Part shown: one piece after another, positions 1 to 11,654 of the stretch
Position numbering within the stretch: the first letter of the stretch is position 1
How the letters are laid out: each line of letters starts with the position of its first letter
Assembly: GCA_013265495.1 (NCBI GenBank)
Contig: MU058824.1
Coordinates: forward strand, 868,001 to 932,000
DNA: 64,000 bases
Direction of reading: 5' to 3'
Source of the DNA: Vicugna vicugna
Taxonomy: Eukaryota
Translations under genes and position numbers: made by a program
Notes under the pieces: model-generated
Databases searched by the model: none
Told to the model about the DNA's origin: nothing
Seen by the model: the letters and a program-made list of their open reading frames with translations, nothing else

Positions 1-125
1 TTTCCATTTTAAAGATGAGGAAACTGAAGCTTACAGAGCTGAGAGACTTGCCCAGGATCACACAGCTAGTAAGAGCTGATGTTAGAACTCAAACCCAGGT
101 TCATCATACCTCAAAGCCTGTGCCC
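1..125 (-). mobile_element. MIR SINE fragment
   Basis: CCATTTTAAAGATGAGGAAACTGAAGC...ACTTGCCCAGGATCACACAGCTAGTAAG is the reverse complement of the MIR core. Confidence 0.85.
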
Positions 126-2764
126 TTTTAGCACCATTCTGTTACCTCTAGACCTGTGTGAAGTGGCAAGGTGGTGAGGATGGTGCGGATTAACCACTTA
201 CCAGGTGCTTTTCTCCAGGGACTGAAGAGGAATAAGACATGGCCCTGGGAACATTTTAAGACATTATCTATGGGGCAGACCACTAACAATGGATGCCCCA
301 TAGACAAAGGGCAGCTGCAGTGGATGAGGACCCAGCTGTCCTTTCTGTGAAACTAAAACTGGAGTCATTGGGACAGATCTTCCTGGAGTAAATTGTCAAG
401 AGAAGAGATGAGAACACTGGGTACTGTGTGTGGAAGAATAATACAGCTGCTAACAGCTGCAGGGATGTTGCTAGTAGAATAGCATCAATATACTCTGGAC
501 AGTTCTTTGTAGTTTGTGGAGCTCCTTCCCTTTCATCATTTCATGATCATCTCACTCCAACCCTGGTTTACTGAGGGTGATAATCTTCCTTTTACAAACT
601 AGAGATGCTATGCGATTTTCCTTAGGTCACACAGCTTGTTAGCGATGCTATTTGCATTCAAGTTTTCTGAAGCCATTCTTCCCACTCCATCCCCTTTTCC
701 ATCATATTTCTAAAGGGATTTGGTGATCGATGGGAAAAACAAAGATGATGCTTGCCAAGAGGAGTTGAGGGAAGTGAAAAGAATAAGATGTCACGAGGAA
801 ACAAAATCATTGAGACTAAATACCAGATACAGCAAAGAAACAGCAGAATCAAAGAAGTTCTTTCTGAGGACAGGCTGCCAGAATGGGCTTGGATAGGTCA
901 GCTGCATCTGAAGTCCACAGAGGGAGTGAGAAGATAGGTGGGAGACACATCTAGAGAATGGCATGCAAGCCTACTTCAAGTGGAATCCACTTTGAGGGAC
1001 TAAGGAAGGGAATGGCAGGGTTTAACAGAGCAGGAAGGTAAAAGGAGAGGATGCCCAGAGATCAGGGACTCATTCATTTGTGAGGAAAGTGGAGGTTCAG
1101 CACAAATTTTGAAAGATAGAAATCATTACCAAAAATGGATGAAGCCCCACTGTGTAATAGAGATGACATAAAAACAGAAACTGGGGATGTATTCTTAGAT
1201 AAGGCACAAGAGCATCAAAAATGGATGAACTCTTATTACAGTAATTAAGGCTGGTGTTTTTTAAAGAGCACTATTGGGAATGAAGAAATTGAATTTGGGA
1301 GTCACTTGAGCCAGATGACCATCTTTGGGATGCTGTGGGAAGTATTTATTCTCATGTCCCCTTGAGTTCTAGTCCACTTCTTGGTTGGACTGTTGAGGCC
1401 GCTGACCAGACTGACAGGTCTGGCTATTTCTGAATATCAACCAGGCGTTTGTCCCTTGGCTGTGCCTTTGGTTGGATTCCACAAGCTGCGATGAGTAATA
1501 TTCATGAATCCTATTCTAAAGATGCTAATTGCTCTTTAAGAGTACTATTATTGGATATCACAAACCTTTTTATAGAAGTAGCCAAGTAATAGATTCAGTC
1601 AGTCCCCTTAGCCCCATAACCTGGAAGAGGATGTTTTAAAAGTAAATTTGCTTTTTATATTCCATGAGAAGTTTAACAATTTCAATATCAGGGAGCATTA
1701 CTTGATTCTTCTTCAAATTTTTTAAAGACATCCCAAAATAAATTTGTTACAATATGAATGGAATCATTTAAGAAACTCTAATTCATAATGATATTTGGAA
1801 AGAGAGTGGTAACTTGATGTAGATATTTTTAAAAATTCAACTTAATTAATGGCTTTTGCTAAGGGCCCACTTTAACTCAGTGGGGGTGGTCTATGTATTG
1901 TGGACTTTATCAGATAAATGGATGATATTATTCTTGATTTTAAAGTGTCTTATCTGGGATTGAGTTCACTACAAACTGTAGGTATCAAGAAATCTGAGAA
2001 CGGGTAAGGTCAGATTATAGGGAGCATGTGGCACAGTACCCAGATTTGGCTGGGGAGGCCAAAGAAGAATCATCAGTGGGCCCAGCCCAGGAGATAACAT
2101 ACCTGGGAACTTAGGTCAAGGGTCAGCATGGAAATTGCAGTCATGGAGCAAATCCAGCCTCAAAGTCGGAAGAACCAGGAAGGAGACAAGAAACAGGAGA
2201 GAGAGAGGGCAAGAAGATGCTTTGTATGGATGAGGAGCTGGGCAGGGTTCTGTAGCCTTAGGGTCTCCCCCATCCAGGTGTCTTGGACTGAGATGTTTGG
2301 ACCCAGAGCCTGGTGGTTACATTTGGAGCTGATATCTGTCTGTGTGTAGGAAACCTTGGAATGCAATTACATCATGTTTGGGGGCCCATGGAAAGGGGCC
2401 TTAAGATAAGTTTAATTACAGGCAGGCATTCAGTGTTCTCTCTGTGTTAATCACACATGTTAATCTTTTTGGTTGTGTTTTATGGAAGTCATAAGAATCC
2501 TGAGAGTTGGTTAATCCAAAGAAAACAATTTGAGGACACAATATTTAGCTGGTGTATGTCAGTGTGCTGTGTTGTAGAAAGCATGGAACAGAGAGAACTA
2601 CTGATTGCCAGCTGTGGATGGGGGCAGGCCACTCAGTCTCTGTGAGGCTCAGAGTCCCCACCCACACCTGGGAAATGGGAGAATTCACACAGCAAATGAC
2701 AACGATCGTCAGTGAGCTATGAAAGGTCCTGCGTGTGTGAGGTAGTGATGTTGGTAATAAATGA

Positions 2765-2965
2765 CAGCCCAGGGTTCAAAATCTTGGCTATATAATTTAC
2801 CAGATCTGTAACCTTTGGCAAGACAATTAGCCTCTCTGAGACTCAATTTTCTCAATGGTTAGGTGGAAATAATAATCTAACATCTAACTCTTAGGGTTCC
2901 TATGAGTGTTAAATGAAATAATGCACATGACCTGTTTGGCCCATAATATGTGCTCAGTATGTGTG
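2765..2965 (+). mobile_element. MIR SINE
   Basis: GGGTTCAAAATCTTGGC...GGCAAG...CCTCTCTGAGACTCAATTTTCTC...TAAATGAAATAATGCA follows the MIR consensus order. Confidence 0.8.
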
Positions 2966-2989
2966 ACTAAAAATATATGCATATTTTAA

Positions 2990-3955
2990 AAAACACTTTT
3001 TGAGGTATGATTGACATGTAAAAAGCTGTACCCTTGAAATCATAACCACCATCAAGGCCATAAACATATCTATCCCCTCCCAGTTTTCTCCCACTCCAAT
3101 TTTTATTATTATCATTGTTATTATTATTATTTTGTGGTAAGAGCACTTTACATAAGATCTACCCCCTTAGCAAATTTCAAGTATACAGTAGAGTATTGTT
3201 AACTAAGCCACTATGCTGTATAGTAAATCTCTAGAACTTATTTATCTTATGTAACTGAAACTTCATACCCTTTAATCTTCACATCCCCATTTCCTCCTCT
3301 CCTCAGCCCCTGGAACCACCATTCTACTCTGCTTCTATGACTATTTTAGATTCCACATATAAGTAATATCTTTATGTGTCTGGCTTATTTCACTTAGGAT
3401 GATGTCCTCCAGGGCTATCCACGTTATTGCAAGTGGCTGGATTTCCTTCTTTTTTAAGGCTGAATAATATTCCACTGTATGTATATACCATATGTTCTTT
3501 ACAGATTCATCTGTCAGTGGGAATTTATGTTACTTATATACCTTGGCTACTATGAATAAGGCTATAATGAATATGGAAGTGCTGGTATCTCTCTGAGATC
3601 TTCATTTCAATTCTTTTGAATAAATACCCAAAAGTAAAATTGCTGGATCATATGGTAGTTCTATTTTTTAATCTTTTTAGAAACTGCTACTCTGTTTTCC
3701 ACAATGGCTATACCAATTTACATTCACACCAACAGTGTACCAGGTTTCCCTTTTCTCCACATCCTTGCCAGGATTTGTTAGCTTTTTTTTTTTTAAAATA
3801 GACATTATAACAGGTGTGAGGGGATATCTCATTGTGGTTTTCATTTCCATTTCCATGATCAGTGATGTTGAGCATCTTTTCATCAACTTGTTGGTGATTT
3901 GTATGTTGTCTTTGGACAAATGTTTATTCAAACCCTTTGCTTATTTTTAAATCAA
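2990..3955 (-). mobile_element. L1 3' fragment (L1MA-like 3'UTR plus ORF2 C-terminus)
   Basis: Typical antisense L1 3'UTR text; ORF 3677-3931 (NKLMKRCSTSLI..KTTMRYPLTPV) is a degenerate ORF2 C-terminus. Confidence 0.9.
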
Positions 3956-4925
3956 GTTATTTGGTATACATATACATTGTGAAATGGTTACATATACATT
4001 GTAAAATGATTACCACGTCAAGCTACTTAACACATCTATCACCTACCTTAGTTATCTTTTTTTTATTAATTCTGGTGAGAACACTTAAGATTTACCCTCT
4101 TAGAAAATTTCAAGTGTACAATACAATATTGTTAAACACCAGTTACAGTAAGTATAAACACCATTCTGATCCCCAGAATTTATTCATCTTCCAAATGAAA
4201 GTTTATACCCTTTGACCAGCATCTCCCCATTTTCCCCATCCTCCAGCCCCTAGCAACTACTGTTCTATTCTTTGCCTCTTTAGTTTGACTTTTTGTATTC
4301 CACATGTAAGTAAGATATACAGTATTTGTCTTTCTGTGTCTGACTTATTTCACTTAGTATAATGTCATCCAGGTTCATCCATGTTGCATGTTGTCATAAA
4401 TGGCAGGATTTCTGTCTTTTCTATGTCTGAATAATATTCTATTTTATACACACACACATTTTCTTTATCCATTCATCTATCAATGGACATTTAGGTTGTT
4501 TCCATATCTTGGCTACTATGAATAATGCTGTAATAAACTTGGTAGTACAGATGTCTCAAGATACTTATTTCCTTTGGTTATATATCCAGAAGTGGGATTG
4601 CTGAGTCTTTCATCAATGTTTTATAGTTTTTAGTGTACAGATTATTTACCTCTTTGGATAAGTTTATCCCAAAGTACTTTTTTTTCTCTTGTTGTTAGTG
4701 TAGATAGGATTATTTTCTTAATTTCTTTTTTGGATAATTTGTTGTTAGTATGTAGAAACACAGCTGGTTTTTGTATTGATTTTTCTATCCTGCAACTTAC
4801 TCATTTACTAATTCTAACAAATTTGTGGGGAGCTCTTTAGGGTTTTCTATATGTAGAATCATATCATCTGCAAACAGGTAATTTTACTTTTTCCTTTCTA
4901 ATTTGGATGCCTTTTATTTCTTTTT

Positions 4926-5778
4926 ATTAATTTTTTATTGAAGTGTAGTTGATTTCCAATGTTAGCTTCAAGTATATAGTAAAGTGATTCAGGTACATAT
5001 ATACATGCATATTTTTTCAGGTTTTTTTCCATTATATGTTATTTCAAGAAATTTAATGTAGTTCTCTGTGATATACATGATATATAGTAGGTGCTTATTG
5101 TTTATCCATTTCATATGTAGTAATGTGTACCTGTGTTAATCCCAGACTCCTAATTTATCCTTCCCCTGCCCTTTCCCTTTAGTAACCATGGTTTGTTTTC
5201 TATGTCTGTGAGTCTATTTTTGGCTTGTAAATAGATATCTTTTCTTTTAGATTTCACATATAAGTGATATCATGTGTTATTTGTCTTTCTATAACTTACT
5301 TTACTTAATATGATAATTTCTAAGTCCATCCATGTTGCTGCAGATGGCATTATTTCATTTTTTTATGACCGAATAGTATTCCATTGTATAAATATTCCAG
5401 AACTTCTTTATCCAGTCATCTGTTGATGGAAATTTAGGTTGTTTCTATGTCTTGGCTATTATAAATGGTGGTGCTAGGAACATTGGAATGCATGTGTCTT
5501 TTTGAAGTAGAGTTTTCTCCTGATGTATGTCCAGGAGTGGGATTACTGGATCATCTAGTAAGTCTATTTTTAGTTTTTTAAGGAACCTCCATACTGTCTT
5601 CCATAGTGGCTGCACCAATTTACATTCTCACCAACAGTGTTGGAGGGTTCTTCTTTTTTCCCGTACCCTCTCTAGCATTTATTGTTTGTAGACTTTTTAA
5701 TGATGGCCATTCTGACTGGTGTGAGATCACTGTAGTTTTGATTTGCATATCTCTAATAATTAGGGATATTGAGCATCT
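4926..5778 (-). mobile_element. Younger 5'-truncated L1 nested in the older L1, with 15-bp TSD
   Basis: Starts TTTTTTATTGAAGTGTAGTTGATT (L1 3' terminus); identical CTTTTATTTCTTTTT at 4911-4925 and 5779-5793. Confidence 0.9.
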
Positions 5779-6167
5779 CTTTTATTTCTTTTTCTTCCCT
5801 AATTGCTCTAAGGCCTCCGGGACTAGGTTGAATAGAATTGGCAAGAGTGGACATTTTCATCTTGTTCCTGATCTTAGAGGAAAAGCTTTCAGCTTTTCAC
5901 CATTGAGCCTGATGTTAGCTGTGGGCTTGTCATATGTGGCCTTTACTATGTTGAGATACATTCCTTCCATACCTAATTTCTTGAGAGTTTTTGTCATAAA
6001 AAGATGTTAAATTTTGTCAAATGCTTTTTCTGTGTCTATTAAGATGATCATATGATTTTTATCTTTCATTCTGTCAATATAGTGTGTTGCATTTTTTGAT
6101 CTGCATATGTTGAACTAATCTTGTATTCTAAGAATAAATCCCACTTGATCATGGTGTATGGTCCTTT

Positions 6168-6548
6168 TTAGGTGTTGAGTGGATGAGCTAGTATCTTGTT
6201 GAAAATTTTTGCATCAATGTTCACCAGGGATGTTGGGCTGTAATTTTCTTTTCTTGTAATGTTTTTGTCTGACTTTGGTATAATACTAGCATTGTAAAAT
6301 GAATTTAAAAGTGTTTCCTTCTCAAATTTTTGGAAGAGTTTGAAGATTGATGCTAATTCCTTAAATGTTTGATAGGAATCATCAGTGAAGCTTTCTGGTC
6401 CTGGACTTTTCTTAGTTGGGAGGTTTTTGATTCCTCCTTTAATCTCCTTGCTTGTTATTGGTCTGTTGAGATTTTCTATTTCTCCACAATTCAGTCTTGG
6501 TAGGTTATATGTTTCTAGGAATTTAGCCATTTCTTCTAGATAACCCAA
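6168..6548 (-). pseudogene. Decayed L1 ORF2 fragment just upstream of the RT core
   Basis: Translation matches L1 ORF2p motifs YNLPRL, LNRPIT, KKSPGP, KENY.P.SL.NIDAKI.NKILA; truncated and frameshifted. Confidence 0.9.
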
Positions 6549-6729
6549 TTTATTGGTGTATAATTGTTCATAGTAGTCCCTTATGAGCCTTTGTATTTCT
6601 GTGGAATCAGTTGTAATGTCTCATCTTTCATTTGTAATTTTAATTAATTGAGTCTTCTTTTTAAATTCTGACTAAAGGTTTGTCATTTTAATCTTTTTTA
6701 AAAAACCAACTTTTAGTTGTGTTACTCTG

Positions 6730-7235
6730 TTCTAGGGCTCTTAATGGATACTGCAGGCTGGTTAGTAGGATCTGTGGGTAGTTGCTGAGATCTGCATGCT
6801 GGTTGCTCTGAGCCCCCACCCCTTTTGTCTGCTTCTAGCTATTCCCTGATGATTCAGCTGTGCCCATCCCTCAATGTTCTGGGTGGGACGAGACAGAAAT
6901 GGGCATCTTGGGCAATGTCCTGCAAGGCTGGGGAAGCTAGATACTCAGTCCCCTCTTACTTTCTCTTGTGGGAAAAATCATGGGCCAAGGGGGTCTCTCT
7001 TGGCCTTGAGCTGTGCCACCTTAGGGAAGGGTTGGCATAGGTAAAGGGAAACTGCTCTTCTGGCACTCTTCAATGCACCTATTCTGGGATTTTTTGCTCC
7101 ACGCAGGTGCTAGAAGCTCTTTGCTATACTCTCAGTCTCCAGTAAAGGTATCCTCATCCATGAAGTGGTTGTTAAAATCAGTGTTTCTTTGGGAGTAACG
7201 GGGGTTAGAACCTCATATTCTGCCATCTTGCTGAC
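6730..7235 (-). mobile_element. Probable L1 5'UTR remnant
   Basis: GC-richer block abutting the ORF2 piece; ends in GCCATCTTG (7222-7230), i.e. CAAGATGGC, the YY1-type motif at L1 5' ends. Confidence 0.55.
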
Positions 7236-8459
7236 ATACTATAATTATATTTCAAAGAAAATAAAAATAAAAGAGAGGTTGCCCAAGGCCAGGCTGGGTT
7301 TGGGAGACTTCCTGAAGGCTCTAAACCTAAGTGGATCACATTGATCTTGGTAGGGAAGGCCAGAGGGGCTAGAGCAGTCTAGAGGGAAAGGAAGGGAAGG
7401 GAAGATATTTGATAGGGTAAGCAGGCCAGCTGCCAGGTGGACTCATGATCTATTTATAAATTATGTGAAGTCACAGTAGTACTCTGTCCTGGGCAGCAAG
7501 AGGGAAACTGCTCAGTGGCTCAAGAGGGCACAATGAGGACTAGTGGTGGACAGCTTCAAAGGAGAGAGTCCTGTGCAATGCAAGGAGACCCTTTGCATCA
7601 GGGTTTTCTGAATGCTGGAGGGCTCCTCAGAGAAGCCAAGCCAGTCACAGGGTGATGCTCAGACACAGAATGAGGCCTGCCTCTGGGGGATCTTCAGGGC
7701 ACAAAGACAATGACAGGCCTGACCCCCTTAAATGGCCCTGTGATTTGAATCAGCTTATCTACTCTTGCAAACTTGCAGTCCTTTTTTTCTTTTTCAGGTA
7801 AGTTCATAAATTTATTCACTTTTATCCTTTCTATGGCAGCGAGTGATATTAGAAAACTAATTAGCTACAGAGCTAATTTTCATGTCAAAGTGAAATTACA
7901 GGTTTCATGGTATAGAACAAAATTATCTTTCTGTCCCTCCTCATCCTCCACTCCCCCATCCACTGCAATTTCTTCTTCCAGCATGTGTATATACTCCCCT
8001 CTTCTGCCTGGTCACAAATGTCAGCAGAGAGAGGTGGCCACTCAGGAGTCCCTTTCTCTTCCCTGTCAGGCATATTTGCATTTGCAAACAGCATTAATTG
8101 GGTAGAGTTTTCATTGCTCTTTTTCCTGCTCCTGTTTTTAAATGCAAATGTTAATGTTTGGTTAGCATGGGTTCAGAATTAAGCCCCTGCTACCTGTGGC
8201 TGCCTTCTTCCTTGGATTCTAAATAAGCACCAGTGGAGTATGACCTGCTGAGAGCTTGTGAGTCCTGGAAGGCTGGAGTCCAGCTAATTGCCAGTCATGC
8301 TGAGAGGGCTGGGCAGAGCCTTGTCTCACTTACCATCTCTCATGGAGTCCTACTTCCTACCAGCACTGAAGGAGAGAAAATTAGTGTGCTGGGAACAGAA
8401 AGGGAGGTGGGGAAAAGGCTGCTCTTTGGAATTAGGTTCTGTACTCTCTGGCATCAAAA

Positions 8460-8850
8460 CTTCGTGGAATTGAGAAGGCCTTTGGACACCATTAGGTTTG
8501 AATCCCAAAGTTGGAATCTCTTAGACTATACCCTTAATGGCTTATTATTGAATCTTTGCTCGAACACTCCCACTGGCAGGGGCCTCCCTCCTTCACAAGT
8601 CAGTCTCTTCCACTGATGGCCAGCTTTGTTTATTAGAAAAAGGGTACTAAGCATTGAGCCAAAATTAACTTATCTTCACCCATTGGTTTCAGTTTTTGCA
8701 TAGAACATGGTTGATCTCATTTCCAAATGACAACCTTTCAGATGTTTGGAGGCAGCTCTTAAAGAGCTGGACATGCATTTTCTCCTACAAGCTAAAGATT
8801 CCCAGTGTCTTCAGATCTGTTTTATATCTATTGTGGACTCAGGTTATCTG
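8460..8850 (-). mobile_element. CR1/L3 LINE remnant
   Basis: Resembles antisense L3 text (..CAGCTTTGTTTATTAGAAAA..TTGAGCCAAAAT..CACCCATTGGTTTCAG..ACAACCTTTCAGATGTTTGGAGGCAGC). Confidence 0.55.
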
Positions 8851-11654
8851 TCTTCTATGAAGGAATTTGTAACAGAGACTGTGGTAATCCAGCTATGGAC
8901 CGACCAGCACAGGCTAGAATGGGGCTGCCCATCTCCCTCCCATTCATCTGGGCTCTTCTCATTTACCCAAGTTGCTGTACCCTTGCTAAGCAGCCATGTC
9001 ACACTGTCCATCCTTGCTGAGCCTATAGCCAATTTCAACTCTAAGCCTTCTCATTAGATGTCTTCTAGCAGAGTAAACAATATGTAATTCAACCCTTAGC
9101 TAGGGACCACTGCACTCCTCAGAAAGTATCGGACTGATCTCTGATCCAATGAGATATTCTTAACAGGAGATTATAAACGTATCACAGAGGATATGTGTTC
9201 AGTGTGTCCAATTTTCTCTTTCAGAAATCAGGGACCTGGATGCTCAGAAGTCTTAGCAAGGGCAGTGTCCTGGGAACCTAGGTGCTTCCCTTGCCTTATG
9301 CCTGTAGTGCATAATTTGATAGAAGAGAGAAGTCAAGTCTAAAATCTGTAGATAGGCCTAAGAAGTTATCAGTCTGAAAGGAACCAGAGAAGGAACATCT
9401 GAAAGTGAGCTACTGGGTAGAAATTTGGAGAGGGTGTTGCAGCAACTCTGAGGTATAAGGCCCATGGCTGTTAAAGGTTGACTTGGCAGACTGTGGTGAA
9501 GAAGGGAGAAGTGAATGAGGCATGGCAGAAGAGTAGAGAAGTCATAGCCTAGAGCAAAATTTCCTGTTTCCCTCTAGGTTTGGTGCCACTCCACCTCCAT
9601 CACCCATGAGAAGTGGTAATTGTAGGAGACACAGGAGGAGCAAGTTGTCACTGTGACCTTTGCCCCCAATTCAGAAGTTTTTGTCTTTCAAGGTCTCACC
9701 CAATAATACTGTCTTCTTCTGGACTCCAGGTACATACAAGAACCCCAGAAAAGCTGCACATAGATCTGGCCTTCCTGATGTCTAGACACCAAGGATATTT
9801 CTCTTATACCCATATATGAGCTCCCCCCCCACATCTGTAATCAAGAGATAAGATGAACACTCACATTGTATAAATTCTACACCTCAAATGGTGGAAGGAT
9901 GAAGGATCCATGCTGTATTTTCATGACCAGGCCCTGTTCACTTAGCCATAGTAAGGATGTATAAGATGCTGGTATGCTGGCAGCACTGTGAACAAAGGGA
10001 GCTAAACACTGGACCTTTACATAGGATACCCAGTACAATTTGCACCAATTCCATTTGCACATCCCTTTTTATTGTCACCATCTAGACATTCCTACTGGAC
10101 ATACTGACTTGGTAAAAATAGAGAGGTCATTTGATTTTTATCACTCTTTCTGGACCTTCATTGTAGATGCCAGCCATGGCTCTGATGCTGGTATTCTTAA
10201 GTGACTCCATCTGCAATTATGAAATTTGAATTTTTAAAGACTGCTATTTGCTATAGGCAAGAGCATCTTGTATTAGAGTGAATTTTGTGAATAGCACTGT
10301 TGTGGATAGGTCAGACATGGATGGAAAGAAAAATAGTGATGACCTAAATGGAGAAGGAATAAAGTAACATTCACACAAACACAAAGTTACCTTTTTGCGT
10401 TTTTGACTTGCCTGCAAGTTCTTTTAGGTATATTACTTCATTGAATCCTTACAACCTGTGAAGTGCAACAACAACTATTTTGCAACTGGAAAAAGAAACA
10501 AAACTATTTTTGCAAGACATGAAATGACTCATTCAATTAGTGATGGATGAGATTGGAGTTGTACTCAGCATTCCTCTGCACTAGTTCCACATTCTTTTTT
10601 CTACTTTCCCTCAGTCTGAAGGTCTAGAAGGGTGACTTGGTTCAAAAGATCAGTGCATAAGAGCTGGGAGCTCTGGGTTAGCTGCTAAAGAAATCTTGGC
10701 TCAAATCCCAGAGTAAAGCTGCCCTCAAGGGTTGGATCTTGGGTGATCTTTTTGATTCAACCACAATTTCCTGAGTGCTTAGTGATTGTAAGTCACTAAA
10801 GAAATGAAGGTGAATTGGACATAACCATAGTCTGGAGAAACACAGAAACATAGCAGATTTACATGAAAATTTTATCATAACCTAAGATATAAATGGGAAG
10901 TACAAAAAAAGCAGTACATGTACATAGACCATGAACTAGATGTTCTGAGGTAAGTGACATCAGAGAGAACCAGGAAGATCAGGAAGGCTTCCTGGAGGAG
11001 GTAAAACCATTGGGTGTGGAGGTTGGGGGAGAGAATTCAAGGGACAGGAGAAGTGATGAGTAAAGGTGCTGAGCTAGGCAAGTTCATAGTTTTATGTTTT
11101 TATGTTCATTTTTATGCTAAGGAAGGTGTCTGATCTCCCACAGCATGGCATACAAGAAAGAGATGGAAAGACAACCCTCCAGTTCTCCTTGAATTTGTTT
11201 GATTTTAACCTATTTAAAAAAATGACGTGCCCTCCTGTACTCTCTACATGCCCACATAACCAACAGTTAAGAGCTAAGTGGAAAGAAGAATAAGTTCAGA
11301 TTATTTTTTAAATCTCCATAATCATGTCAAAAAAAGAAGAGGAAAAGGCCTTGCCTTTTATTTTGATGGACTCTGCCAGAGGCCTCTCCCTAGAAAAGCT
11401 GCAGACAAATGGCCTTGTCTCAGGATACTGTGATGTGGTGGCATCTGCCCGTAGGACTGACTTCCGTCATTTATTTCCAGTGCCCCGGCCAAGGCATCAA
11501 ATTGAGCCATGCACACAGTGGGATGCATTGTTTCTGGACTGGCAGTTCATCATGATTGAAAATGAGAACAATTAAAAATTTTAAATATCAATCAAAGGCA
11601 TTCCCTCCAGAATAAAACCAAGCCTGATACATGCAGAGCCACAGGTTAATCAGT

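Larger units (their letters stand above)
3960..6720 (-). mobile_element. Internally deleted L1: 3'UTR (3960-4606) joined to ORF2 RT-region pieces (4606-4925, 5779-6720), interrupted by a younger L1
   Basis: ORF 6168-6548 ([38 protein letters not shown]) is L1 ORF2; host text is continuous across the nested insertion. Confidence 0.9.

Noticed and set aside
5606..6010. 134-aa hydrophobic ORF (and similar at 3616, 3735, 3937, 57858, 57968)
   Set aside because: Antisense or off-frame readings of L1 sequence
2975..7260. ATATTTTAAA / ATATTTCAAA as a TSD for the whole L1 cluster
   Set aside because: Short, AT-rich and imperfect; compatible with chance
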